From Terriglobia bacterium (lineage in GTDB: Bacteria; Acidobacteriota; Terriglobia; 20CM-2-55-15), in contig CAXWPJ010000009.1 of the NCBI GenBank assembly GCA_963664115.2, positions 512,001 through 576,000 of the forward strand: a DNA stretch of 64,000 nt, in the 5' to 3' direction. Below are positions 46,568 to 56,651 of the stretch, in pieces. The position numbers and the translations under genes were made by a program. Under the pieces are notes generated by a model. The model made no database searches. It was given only the letters and a program-made list of their open reading frames with translations, and was not told where the DNA came from. Every line of letters starts with the position of its first letter. Position 1 is the first letter of the stretch.

Positions 46568-48886
46568 GTGAACCGAAGGAGTCCCACCAAGGTCATCATC
46601 GTCTTGCTTGCTGCAATCGCGGCTTTTCTGGTTCCAGCCTTTCCGACCGCTGCTCAGGCTGTATTTGGTCTCAGCAGCAGCACAGCCACGGTCACAGAGA
46701 CGGGTCATGCGGAACTGCTGGGAACGATTAACGCAACGATCAGCTCGGGTACGTCGGCCGCGGGAACGCTGGAAGTCAGCATCGCGCCGGCCACGCTCGT
46801 CACCGACGAAACGAGCGGCGTGACGGTAACGGGAACGGGAGGACTTGCTGGAGCATCGGTTGCAAACGTGATTGAAAGCTTGGGACTTGTCGTTATCGAC
46901 ATCCCTGCCGCCGCGGGCGCCGGCTCCACTCTGACCCTGACAGGAATGCGCATCTCAATTCCCGAAACCGATGTTGAGAATTTCAACACAGTACTCTCCG
47001 TCAACAATAACTTCCTGCAGGCTGGCCAGAGCGGCATTTCGCTTATAGCAGACACTGTGGCAGGACTTGTCGTTGACGACGACGCGGATGTAATCTTCAG
47101 CATTGTGAACCGGACCATCGTCGACGACATGGAAGCCTTCAAGTTCCGTGAAGGCTGGGACGGCGCCTTTTCCGACAAGGTCGGTATACTGGGGCAAACT
47201 GCCCCCACCGAAGTCATATTCGAAATTGATGGCATCCCGGCAAACGTCACGGTCACATTTCCGGACACGATCAACAGCAAGACCACAGGAGCCACTTTGA
47301 CGACGGAGAGTGGCGATCCCGAAGAGTTCACCAGCAGCAGCGAACCCCAACGCGTTGCTTACGAATTCACGGACGATCTGCCGTCAAGCGATGAAGAGGT
47401 AGATATTTTCGAGGTGACTCCCACCTTGACGCTCGGATCTTCCGTCGAGAACGGGACCGCCTTGATCCGGGCCACGCTGGGCCCGATCGGGGCCGCAACT
47501 CCCAGCACCGAATTCCCCTTGACGGACCTTCCCCGGTTTGATGAGGAGTTGTTGCCAGCCCTTGCCCTACCCGGAAGCTCGTCCACCACCCTGCTGCACT
47601 TCCTAATTTCCAACGCGTCGTCCCAGAGCCAGCTTGCCCTCGGGAACACCGGCAGCGGGGGTGCGCAGTTGGAGATCCGGGCCCTCGGGGAGGATGGCGC
47701 CATTCTCGACGATGGAAGTGCTGTAACGTCCCAAACTCTTCAGGGACACGAAACGTTGGTGTCTTCGCTCGACGAACTTTTCGGTGATTCTCTGTCGAGC
47801 GACATCGCCTCAGTAGAGGTCGAAGTCGTCAATCCGAACGTGATTGGAACCGTGACGGGAACGGGAAGTGCGGGGCGGTTCTCAACACCTGAAATCAAAG
47901 ACCGGAAGAAATTGTACCTACCTTTCGATCGCGCCCTGGCCACGGATGACCCAACCCTGGTGATCAACAACGCGAACGAAGATCCCATCGAGGTGACTCT
48001 GAGGGTCCGCGACAGCCTGGGAACCACAATCGAGACGATCACAGAATCGATCGACGCGGCAGCCACGCTCCGCTCTCCGCTGACAACGCTCTTCGATCTG
48101 GAAGCGGGCGCCCTTCCGATGAAGGGCTATGTCAGGCTGACAGCTGCGGACAACTTTCGCGCGAGTTTGGTCGATACTCCTGATGGGTTTTCCGAAGAAG
48201 TCCCCGGTCTTGGGCCGTTCGGCCAGAGCCGACACATTTTCCCCGCTTTTCTTTTCGGCGAGGGCTGGCGGACAACCCTAACGCTTGTCAGCGCCGCAAC
48301 CTTTTCGGCAAACGTGACCGTAACGCTCCGGGACGCTACGGGTGAAGTCGTTACCGGCACCGCACCCCTCGTAATCAGCGTGGCCACCGATGAACGCGTA
48401 GACCTGGACCTGGAAGCGCTCTTCGGCACCGGAACGCTGACTCTCGGGTACATCGACATTCAATTTCAGGGCCTGCCGCTTCTGGGCAGCCCCGATTTCG
48501 CTGGCATGGTCCGAATCGGAAGGGCGAACTTTTCGGCGACGACGGCCCTTCCTACGAATCCAGACACTGAATTTTTCCTCGTGCCAACAGCTCAATCGGA
48601 ATCGGAGTTTACGGCTTTGGCCATCTTCAATTTTTCAAGTTCCGTAACGGAAGTGACGGTGGAAGTCTTCGACAGTGATGGCACAAACCTCGGCGCGAAT
48701 ACCTTCGAGCTGGACCCACGGGCAGTGGATATCCGGCTCGTTCGAGATCACGTGAATGAAATTCTGGACAGCGAAGACCGCTTGATCCGAGTGACAGCGG
48801 AAGGCGGAACAGTTGAGATGGTTGCCTATCGCGGCACGATGACCTTGGAGGAAATGTTCAACATCCCGGTTCAGGCTCCGCAATAA
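46568..48886 (+). CDS. Secreted acidic protein: S-layer-like N-terminal half plus repeat domains
   Basis: Signal peptide; N-half resembles 50169-51695; FP...GEGW.TTLTLV and FTALAIFN repeats. Confidence 0.7.
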   Translation: MNRRSPTKVIIVLLAAIAAFLVPAFPTAAQAVFGLSSSTATVTETGHAELLGTINATISSGTSAAGTLEVSIAPATLVTDETSGVTVTGTGGLAGASVANVIESLGLVVIDIPAAAGAGSTLTLTGMRISIPETDVENFNTVLSVNNNFLQAGQSGISLIADTVAGLVVDDDADVIFSIVNRTIVDDMEAFKFREGWDGAFSDKVGILGQTAPTEVIFEIDGIPANVTVTFPDTINSKTTGATLTTESGDPEEFTSSSEPQRVAYEFTDDLPSSDEEVDIFEVTPTLTLGSSVENGTALIRATLGPIGAATPSTEFPLTDLPRFDEELLPALALPGSSSTTLLHFLISNASSQSQLALGNTGSGGAQLEIRALGEDGAILDDGSAVTSQTLQGHETLVSSLDELFGDSLSSDIASVEVEVVNPNVIGTVTGTGSAGRFSTPEIKDRKKLYLPFDRALATDDPTLVINNANEDPIEVTLRVRDSLGTTIETITESIDAAATLRSPLTTLFDLEAGALPMKGYVRLTAADNFRASLVDTPDGFSEEVPGLGPFGQSRHIFPAFLFGEGWRTTLTLVSAATFSANVTVTLRDATGEVVTGTAPLVISVATDERVDLDLEALFGTGTLTLGYIDIQFQGLPLLGSPDFAGMVRIGRANFSATTALPTNPDTEFFLVPTAQSESEFTALAIFNFSSSVTEVTVEVFDSDGTNLGANTFELDPRAVDIRLVRDHVNEILDSEDRLIRVTAEGGTVEMVAYRGTMTLEEMFNIPVQAPQ

Positions 48887-48902
48887 CCGTAACCGGAGAG
48901 TC

Positions 48903-50024
48903 TCACCGCGAAACTGGCTGACCGATATCGCGCAGAAGCCGCTCAAAATCTTCTTGTCGGAGTGAATCCGAAGGGCTCTCTCTCAGGTATTCGATCGGAA
49001 TGTTCAGGCGTTCACGGCCGAAAACCTCAGGATCAACCTCGATGTCAACAGAAGTACGTCGGCGACGGTCGTGGGCCTGGAACCGGACGATAACTTGAGC
49101 CACATCCCCCGGGGCCAAAATTTCCGGACCCTGGAACTCGACTTCGTACTCCTCGTTTCGGCCTGTGACACGCGGTATTCGGAAAGGCTCTGCGGCCAGA
49201 TTCTCTATAACGATTTCCAGTTCGCCATCCACGCCAAGATCGACGACTTCCGGAATCTGCGAAAATCGGATACGGCCGTCAACGTGACCAATAAACTCCA
49301 ATGTCGCAGCGGTTTCCAGGCCACCTCTCCTAATAGTAAACGAAATTGGCTGGCGCACGTCGGAAGATGTCAGCAAGGTGTCCCAGGAGTAGCTCATACG
49401 GCCTCTTGTCTCATCGATCCACACGGGCCGGCCAAAACGCAGACCTTTGGGCAGGCTCCGCGTGGAAGTCAACACGGTACGGATGCGGCGCGGGTCACCA
49501 CTGAACTCAACAAAGCCTTCAACAGTCTCTCCCTGAGTGATCGGGCCCACCTCCAGACTGGACGCCAGGAACTCAAACTCTAAGGACTCCTCACCCCCAC
49601 TAGACTCGGATTGCGATGCCCCGCTCGTTGCAACGCCGAAGGGACCGGCCCCAACGTCATCCATCCGATAGAACCAATCTCCTTCTGTCCAGATCCATCG
49701 GTCCGCAGACGTCACCTCAATTTCTCCCAGCCCCGGAATCTGCAGGTGTAATCGCGTAGGTACGTTGACGGCTGTGTTGTCGCCAGTGAACTCCAAACCA
49801 GTGATGTCGGCTCGTAGGATCTGATCACTCTGCCCCTGAAGGAAGCGTTCGCGGTCCGCCGGGAGGACATAGTCCAGGGCTGAAAGCTGGTTTCCAGCCA
49901 CTCTGGCGATCCAGTACTCATCGATTCGCACCCGCAGCTGGTCCAAGTCCTGAGCCAAGCCGGTCCCACAAGTAAACAGACTAAGCAGAGTGAGGCAGAG
50001 GGCCACTCGGCTCATGATGGGCAC
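48903..50024 (-). CDS. Secreted hypothetical protein with Ig-like domains
   Basis: Signal peptide; LRVRIDEYW...W....DWF N-domain; VGPITQGE and LAPGD..QV.V.F motifs. Confidence 0.6.
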   Translation of the reverse strand: MPIMSRVALCLTLLSLFTCGTGLAQDLDQLRVRIDEYWIARVAGNQLSALDYVLPADRERFLQGQSDQILRADITGLEFTGDNTAVNVPTRLHLQIPGLGEIEVTSADRWIWTEGDWFYRMDDVGAGPFGVATSGASQSESSGGEESLEFEFLASSLEVGPITQGETVEGFVEFSGDPRRIRTVLTSTRSLPKGLRFGRPVWIDETRGRMSYSWDTLLTSSDVRQPISFTIRRGGLETAATLEFIGHVDGRIRFSQIPEVVDLGVDGELEIVIENLAAEPFRIPRVTGRNEEYEVEFQGPEILAPGDVAQVIVRFQAHDRRRRTSVDIEVDPEVFGRERLNIPIEYLRESPSDSLRQEDFERLLRDIGQPVSR

Positions 50025-50072
50025 CTATCATCGAAACTCAACAGATCTTCGATTGTCAAGATTCCAAACCTT

Positions 50073-50103
50073 AAAAAAGGGGGAGTGAATTCACTCCCCC
50101 TTT
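50073..50103 (-). terminator. Strong intrinsic terminator
   Basis: Perfect palindrome AAAGGGGGAGTGAATTCACTCCCCCTTT, with a T6 tail on the minus strand. Confidence 0.85.
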
Positions 50104-50168
50104 ATGGACATGGTGACTATGTCAAGCCACCATATTTTTAGTTATACAGAGATTCGCCACTACCCGGG

Positions 50169-51695
50169 TCACGGCCGCTGAGTACCCGGGTTCGGGACCA
50201 CCAGAACATCGGCGGCCGCCGTAATACCAGCCAAGTTGGTGATATAACCCACACCGCGCGCATGAGTGAAGTTGGTCTCGACGAACACGTAGCCGGTGAA
50301 CGAGGCCGCATCGTCAGATTCGGCGGCGGTCAGGATGTCAGCGATCGATACCAAATAGGTATTACCCGAAACCAACACACCGTCGTCGTCCAAACCACTG
50401 CCCACGGTTGGGTCCGCATCAGTCGACCACATAACCATATCCCCACCGCTCGGGAACAGCCAGAACGTCAGCGTTCCGGCTGCCCCACCTGCGCCATCGT
50501 CACCGAAGGGGTCGGCCGTGGTGTTGGAAATGCCCATGATGCTGGCCAGGCCTTCGGTTGACACGAAGGGCATCAGCAGCGTCGTCGTCGCCGGAACGAT
50601 GTCGATGAGATCGATGGCGTCGGTAAAGGTTTCAACATAACGGGGAATGGCGCCGTCGGCTGTGTCGCTTCCGATAACGTCGTCATCCTCATCGAGTGCG
50701 TCGCCATCCGGAGAGAGCGAAACCCGCACCGAGATCGTCGCCGGAGCAAACGGGAGTTCGTCGTCATCAACTACGATCCCGTCACAGCCGACCGTTATAT
50801 CGCTTATAGCAGTCGTTGTTGCCATACCCATCAGTTCGAGAATTTCCCTATCATTATCGACATCAAACGTGACTTCGGCGACATCCGCAAAATCAGCGTC
50901 AGTCAGATTGGTGGTTGCGGTGACGGCTTACAATTAAAAGTCAGACCATCCGGAATACCGATCATCTCGACCACAACGGTAACGCCTTTATCGGTGGCAC
51001 CCGAGAACTGACTTCCATCTTTGAACAGGTCGATGAAGTTCTCGGTAATTGTGAAATCAGCCATATCATCGGCGATCGTACCGTCTGTGAAGAGCCTTGC
51101 TTCATTACCGTCCAATTCATCGAGGCCAGCAACAACGGCCGTGACGACTCGGGCAACGTTCTGGCCTGCCGTGATGAGATAACCACTTCCGGAAGTAACA
51201 GAAATATTGGCATCCAACATTGAGAACCCACTTCCGGCAACGGATACCAGGACATTCTCAAGCGTGAACGTACCCGTGTCACCGTCGACGGCGGCACCGG
51301 TTCCCCCCAACGTAATGACAACAATTCCGCTCTTGTTGTTGACTGAGGCAAAGGTGGGAACGCCCACAGCAGTCCAAAGCCTGTTCATGTCACCAGCGTC
51401 CGCGTCCACGGTAATGTCCTCATCGCCTGAACTATCACCATCGTCATTCGTGTCACCGTCGTTCGTAATGAGGACGCCGCCGAAATCGACCGTTCATCGA
51501 CCCACCTAAGGGAGTAAAGCTCGACTGCGCCTCGCAGATAAAAGTCAGGTCGCCCACCGGCTCGGTGTGCCCGGATAAAGTCGCCCGGCTGACCGGCGAG
51601 CTCGCTACCGAGCACGTGATCTGAGCGTAGGCCGCGTTGGACATCCCCATGATCAGGAACAGCGCCATCAGCGGCACGAACAGTTTGAATCTCAA
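50169..51695 (-). CDS. Putative S-layer/major surface protein (about 505 aa), split by two apparent frameshifts
   Basis: AAGGAG RBS, signal peptide AAYA-Q, Asp/Thr/Gly/Val-rich sequence; contiguous fragments 51453-51695, 50903-51409 and 50169-50831; TTLLMPFV, ISNTTADPFG, FTGYVFVETNFTHARG. Confidence 0.6.
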
Positions 51696-52193
51696 TTGTA
51701 TCCTAGTCTCCTTTAGAAGAAATTTTTGCTCACTGTGTAGTTAACAAATCAGAAAGTTTCTGGTTCAAGACTTCGGTTGCGGTCAAACGTTTTTCACGCC
51801 GGACGGCCAACCGGTCATCCCCGATTGTTAAACCTCTCGTAAAAAGCTCCACCCCAAAACGCGGGCTAACCGTCGATAAGCTAACATTAGTGCAATAACG
51901 TGTCAACACTAATGATTCCAAGAGCTTCCCCGCCTGCAGGCAATTCGGTGAGGCCCTCGTCACCCTCGCGGTTCATTCTGCTAAGGCATTCGACAGGCCA
52001 AAAAGACTCAAAGGCAAATTATAGAGAATAAAGGACCGCGGCTGGATGAGACGGTCATCGATACGCACGTTTGCCTCACGACGGACCGGATCGTGTTTAA
52101 TTTCGACTCATGCGGAGCGCTATCGAGAAATTAGGGACCGAGGAATCCTGTGTGTCCTGATCACTGAGCCGCTTTCTAATCATCGAGCCGTTC

Positions 52194-53228
52194 TTAATTA
52201 GTGAGCCGGACCTCGGCAAACTCAGGGAATACGTTTCGTTCGATGCGGGCGAGGGCAGTCCTTCGTTCGAAGAAACCCGTCGCGGGGTTCAGTCGGTTCG
52301 TGGAGTGATAGACCCTCCGGAGGGAGCGGCGCGTGCCGCTGCCTTCTATTGCATGCCCAACGGCCAAAACAGCTGTCGCATCGCCACGAGCGAATTGAAG
52401 GTAATCCAGTAAGGGGGCGGTATCTGGTAAACCCACCCTCGATGCGAACTCGGCAGAACTTCCGAAAAGGATGCGGGCACGTTCCTCGATGATGCGCTCG
52501 ACCCGCGGCGGGTCCAGACCTGGAACTGCTTCCAGGACCCAGCGCGAGGCGAAGTTGGGATTCACACGGGCACCCACCGGGGAAGTGGTCAAGTATTGGT
52601 CTAAGCGTCCACGAAAAACTCGACCGTCACGGGTTTCCATAAGGCTCGGACGGAGATCCTCGAGCCGTATACCCCGGATCAAGGGAAGATCTGAGATCCC
52701 GGGCTGTCCGTTTCTCGGTGCGTAGCCCGAGCCGAGATAAGCGAGGGCCTCGGCCCCAAGCAAACGGGGCGTTTCGTCTGGATCCGTCCAATCCTGAAAT
52801 GCCTGGGTGAGCCTCTCGCCCTCCCGCGGGTCTCGGGTCCAATTGGAAAAAAAGCTCCGGAGCAAGATCTCTGGAGCCGTCAGGGGATTAATCTTTCCAT
52901 TATCGCCCTCGAAAAACAGGTCCACGGAGCCTTCAGGAAAACCGATCCTGTAGTGGAAGCCTTCATCCATGATTTCAATGGGAAGACCCGCCAGGTCTTC
53001 CTGGGCGCTACCGAGCCCACGGACTTCGAGGTAGGGCGCCATCTCCAATCCTGCCATCGCCAGCCGTTCGGCACCGAGGGCTTCCCGCTCGTTGGCGGCA
53101 ATGCGCGCCTCGACGCCTGCGGCCGCCGTCAAACTCAAAGCAATGGACGAAACGATGATGAGAACCCAAAGGACGGTCAACAGTGCAAAGCCCCGCTCGA
53201 CCCTCATCGAAGCACCAGCCCATCCCAA
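52194..53228 (-). CDS. gspK: Type II secretion minor pseudopilin GspK
   Basis: RGFALLTVLWVL, GKINP, DWTDPD, PRNG, VNPN.A...L..VPG. Confidence 0.88.
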   Translation of the reverse strand: MGWAGASMRVERGFALLTVLWVLIIVSSIALSLTAAAGVEARIAANEREALGAERLAMAGLEMAPYLEVRGLGSAQEDLAGLPIEIMDEGFHYRIGFPEGSVDLFFEGDNGKINPLTAPEILLRSFFSNWTRDPREGERLTQAFQDWTDPDETPRLLGAEALAYLGSGYAPRNGQPGISDLPLIRGIRLEDLRPSLMETRDGRVFRGRLDQYLTTSPVGARVNPNFASRWVLEAVPGLDPPRVERIIEERARILFGSSAEFASRVGLPDTAPLLDYLQFARGDATAVLAVGHAIEGSGTRRSLRRVYHSTNRLNPATGFFERRTALARIERNVFPEFAEVRLTN

Positions 53229-53854
53229 TTCGTTTGGGCGTAATCCAAGGGAAGCAAAATCTGGCGCGGTCGTTCACCTTCGAAACCAATCACGATACGA
53301 ACCGCGGCAGGCAGTTCCCTGCCCTCCTCACCCTGCCAGGCGTCAATCCATTCGGCATCGCGTCCGAGCCTCGGGCGCCGCAGGTAGGCGATATCTAAGG
53401 ACTCCACGCCCGACAAATAAAGTGTGTCATAGGGCTCCATTTCGGCAGAATTATCTGGAGAAAGAACGCGGCGTTCTTCAATGGCGAGACGCGGATCGAC
53501 GGCATCTCTGTCCCAGTAGATCCGAATCCAACGTGGGACAGAGTCCGGCCGTCGGAAACTCTTCGGTGACACAAGGTCGAGGCGGGCTGCGGAACCCACA
53601 AAACCCAATCGCTCGCCGTCTTGGGTTCGGAAGGCGAGAGGCAACGCCGATTGAATCTGATCGCGAAGAACAGCCACACTCGTATTCCGCTCGCGCGATT
53701 GGTCTATGCGCTCATAGCCCGTCGACCACATCGTCAACGAGCTGCCTAGAGCTGAAAACGCGACCGTCACGACGAGACCCAGTATAGAAAACGCAACGAC
53801 GAGTTCGATGAGTGTAAAACCCCTGTCTCGCACTTGATTCTCAGCCGAGGGCAT
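53204..53854 (-). CDS. gspJ: Type II secretion pseudopilin GspJ-like
   Basis: RGFTLIELVVA prepilin motif; C-terminal W...W.....LPAAVRI. Confidence 0.8.
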   Translation of the reverse strand: MPSAENQVRDRGFTLIELVVAFSILGLVVTVAFSALGSSLTMWSTGYERIDQSRERNTSVAVLRDQIQSALPLAFRTQDGERLGFVGSAARLDLVSPKSFRRPDSVPRWIRIYWDRDAVDPRLAIEERRVLSPDNSAEMEPYDTLYLSGVESLDIAYLRRPRLGRDAEWIDAWQGEEGRELPAAVRIVIGFEGERPRQILLPLDYAQTNWDGLVLR

Positions 53855-54278
53855 TGAGCTGCTCCGCCAGAGGTCGAGGCTCCTCAGGAGCTGGGGCTAA
53901 GACCCGATAGCTATGGATCGTCCAGGTTCGAACACCCGAGCGGCCGTCCCACTGGAGTTCGAGCGCGATCCGAACGACGGCTAAATTACCGAACCGCGTG
54001 TCGGGAGCGATATAGGGCAGGATTTCAATGCGCCAAGCAACATCGTCATCGGACCTGCCGGATGCGGTATCGCCAATCCGCAGCGTAGGCACAAGGTCGA
54101 TTTGGGCCAGTTTCAGGCGGGCAAAATCCATGCGCCGCTGGGCCCCTTCCGTTTCCACGGTCGTCCGCAATGAAGTCGACATCCCATTCATAACGACTGA
54201 AAAAGATATGGCCAGTATAGCGACGGCAACCATCACCTCCAGAAGAGTGAATCCTCCCTGCGTACTGCCTGTTTTCAA
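53841..54278 (-). CDS. gspI: Type II secretion pseudopilin GspI-like
   Basis: GGFTLLEVMVAVAIL; position in H-I-J-K order. Confidence 0.8.
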   Translation of the reverse strand: MKTGSTQGGFTLLEVMVAVAILAISFSVVMNGMSTSLRTTVETEGAQRRMDFARLKLAQIDLVPTLRIGDTASGRSDDDVAWRIEILPYIAPDTRFGNLAVVRIALELQWDGRSGVRTWTIHSYRVLAPAPEEPRPLAEQLNALG

Positions 54279-54739
54279 CGTTCTCCCTCTACAAAACGGG
54301 CTTCATAGCCGTCAATGACGATCGCTCCGCTTCGCCCGCTGCTGCTGGTCAGATCGAGGCGCTGGGGACCCAGAATGTGGCCGGAACGCGACACGACATA
54401 AACGCCGTCATAAGCTCCGTCCCTGGCCGAACCTGCGGAAACACCGGCCGGTAAAACAATTTCTTCGAGGATTGCTTCCCCACGGTCAAAGACGACCAAG
54501 CGATCCGAGTTGAGAGCGATGAAGTGTTCTTCTTGCGCGAGCCGGGACTGGGCCTGAGCCCTACGGAAGCTATGCTGCAGCTGCCGGCCAAAAGTCCGGA
54601 AGCGCAGGTTATCCACGGTGTTCCCGACAGCGGGCCCGACGAGAGTCATGGCCAGAGCCAACAAGGCCAACACGACCATCAGTTCGATCAATGTAATACC
54701 GCGGGATCGGGGTTTGAAATTCTGTGAGCGGAGACGCAC
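54275..54739 (-). CDS. gspH: Type II secretion pseudopilin GspH/FimT-like
   Basis: RGITLIELMVVLAL; first gene of the H-I-J-K run. Confidence 0.75.
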   Translation of the reverse strand: MRLRSQNFKPRSRGITLIELMVVLALLALAMTLVGPAVGNTVDNLRFRTFGRQLQHSFRRAQAQSRLAQEEHFIALNSDRLVVFDRGEAILEEIVLPAGVSAGSARDGAYDGVYVVSRSGHILGPQRLDLTSSSGRSGAIVIDGYEARFVEGER

Positions 54740-54889
54740 GGAGATCCTCCTGCTAAGTCAAGACGCATCCTCAGCGAAAAAAGACGAATTTCAGGGAAGC
54801 GTTTGGGTGCTGAGGCGTTCAAAGCTCGTCCAGCCCGCCAGAAGCGGTACCGGCGGCATCTGACGCCTCCGTTCTACATTTATCTCTTT

Positions 54890-55285
54890 TTATCTTCGGA
54901 TGCGATTAAGCTGCAAGGCAGATTCCGCACGTTCGGCGATGCCACACCCCTCTTGTTCGGGAACGATACGGGACGTCACACCGAGGATTCGCTGCGGATC
55001 CGCGAGGACGATTCGCCATTCGGTATCGAATCGGCACTCCCGCCCGTCCCCGAGCAGGGCGACAAAGTAACCACTCCCTTCGTAGCTGTTGAGTTCAGTC
55101 CACGAAAGATCGACTTCGTATTCTACGAACTGCGCGTGATCGGCGCCGAGACTGACATGAATACCCGTGTCTGTGCGTACAAGCCGGTAGTGTGTGTCCT
55201 TGTCGACGACTTCCCAAAGGCCGGAAGGATTGAAAGTCTGCTGAGTGAATCCAAGGCTTAGAAGTAGTAGCAACGCTTTCATCAT
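54890..55285 (-). CDS. Small secreted beta-barrel-like hypothetical protein
   Basis: Short signal peptide, SGLWE motif, two Cys. Confidence 0.55.
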   Translation of the reverse strand: MMKALLLLLSLGFTQQTFNPSGLWEVVDKDTHYRLVRTDTGIHVSLGADHAQFVEYEVDLSWTELNSYEGSGYFVALLGDGRECRFDTEWRIVLADPQRILGVTSRIVPEQEGCGIAERAESALQLNRIRR

Positions 55286-55419
55286 GTTTCGAATAGTACG
55301 AACAGAGGGCTGAACCCGTCAAGAGGCTTCCGCCACCCGGTATTCAAGCTGGCCTCCTGAACTTTTGAATCGAGGCGTTGACCGCCCAGAAAGAGTTCAA
55401 ATAGACTTGGCCCTGACCG

Positions 55420-56571
55420 ATGAAAAATTCTGACCTCGCCCTCGCCCTCATAGTCTTAGCAATGACGAGTGCTCTCGTCGACACCGCCTACGCGCAAGAC
55501 GCCGCTCCTGCCATAGCGGCGAACGGTTCTCAAGTCACCACACATATAACTCAAATTGTTGACCTTTCATTAACTGTCGAGATCGAGGCGGGAAGCAGTG
55601 TTGGCGAAAATGGCGACTGGTGGCTTGTCGCGGAAACACCCTCCGGCTGGTATAGCTACGACATCCATGACCGGGCATGGAAGCCGGGCTTTTTTGTGAG
55701 CTATCAGGGTCCGTTGATCGATCTGCCTTCTTTTGGGGTGTCGTCTCTGACAGGTCTACCCATCGGGACGTATACGTTCTATTTTGGCGTCGATCTTCTC
55801 ATGAACGGCAGCTTGGATACAGGACGCTTGTTCTACCGCAGTGTGGCGGTCCATGTCGACGATATCTGGCAACCCGCACCGGGCGCCCACTGGCAGTGGC
55901 AGCTGAGCGGCACGATCGACACCTCGTTTGTGACCCAGATGTACGACATTGACCTCTTTGAAGTCGCGCCAGGGGTGATTGACCAGCTCCACGCCGATGG
56001 ACGCGTGGTGATCTGCTATTTCAGCGCCGGCAGTTGGGAAGACTGGCGGCCTGATGCGGCCACGTTTCCCGCCGCCGTACGGGGGGAGCCTCTCGAAGAC
56101 TTTCCTGACGAGACTTGGCTGGACATTCGCCAGCTCGACGGCCTGGGCCCCATCATGAGGGCACGTCTAGATCTGGCTGTGGAGAAGGGCTGCGATGGCG
56201 TGGAACCGGATAACGTGGACGGCTATGTGAACGAGACCGGCTTTGGGCTCACCGCCCAGGATCAGCTCAACTACAACCTCTGGTTGAGCGTCGAAGCACA
56301 CGCCCGGGGGCTGTCTGTTGGCCTGAAAAACGACCTGGACCAGGTCGCTGACCTCGTCCCGTTCTTCGACTGGGCCTTGAACGAACAGTGTTTTCAGTTC
56401 AACGAGTGCGCGTCGTTGCTCCCGTTCGTTGAGGCTGGCAAGGCGGTGTTCGGAGTCGAGTACGAGGGGAACCCAGAGACGTTCTGCCCCGAGGCCAATG
56501 TCCTAGGCTATTCCTGGCTCCAAAAACGTCTGGAGCTGGATGCCTGGAGGTTCGACTGCAGCGACAACTGA
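55420..56571 (+). CDS. Endo-alpha-1,4-polygalactosaminidase (GH114) with an extra N-terminal domain
   Basis: WQWQL, YDIDLF, ICYFSAGSWEDWRPD, GCDGVEPDNVD, GLKND, NEQC. Confidence 0.92.
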   Translation: MKNSDLALALIVLAMTSALVDTAYAQDAAPAIAANGSQVTTHITQIVDLSLTVEIEAGSSVGENGDWWLVAETPSGWYSYDIHDRAWKPGFFVSYQGPLIDLPSFGVSSLTGLPIGTYTFYFGVDLLMNGSLDTGRLFYRSVAVHVDDIWQPAPGAHWQWQLSGTIDTSFVTQMYDIDLFEVAPGVIDQLHADGRVVICYFSAGSWEDWRPDAATFPAAVRGEPLEDFPDETWLDIRQLDGLGPIMRARLDLAVEKGCDGVEPDNVDGYVNETGFGLTAQDQLNYNLWLSVEAHARGLSVGLKNDLDQVADLVPFFDWALNEQCFQFNECASLLPFVEAGKAVFGVEYEGNPETFCPEANVLGYSWLQKRLELDAWRFDCSDN

Positions 56572-56651
56572 GGGATCGTCGCTACCATCACTACACGAGC
56601 ATCAAGCAACGGCATAGCGAAAGCCCTCGACATTGATCCTGACATCGATCC

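Noticed and set aside
50169-51695. Three separate small genes or phase variation of the surface protein
   Set aside because: The fragments are contiguous parts of one protein and there is no slippery tract at the breaks; sequencing error is at least as likely
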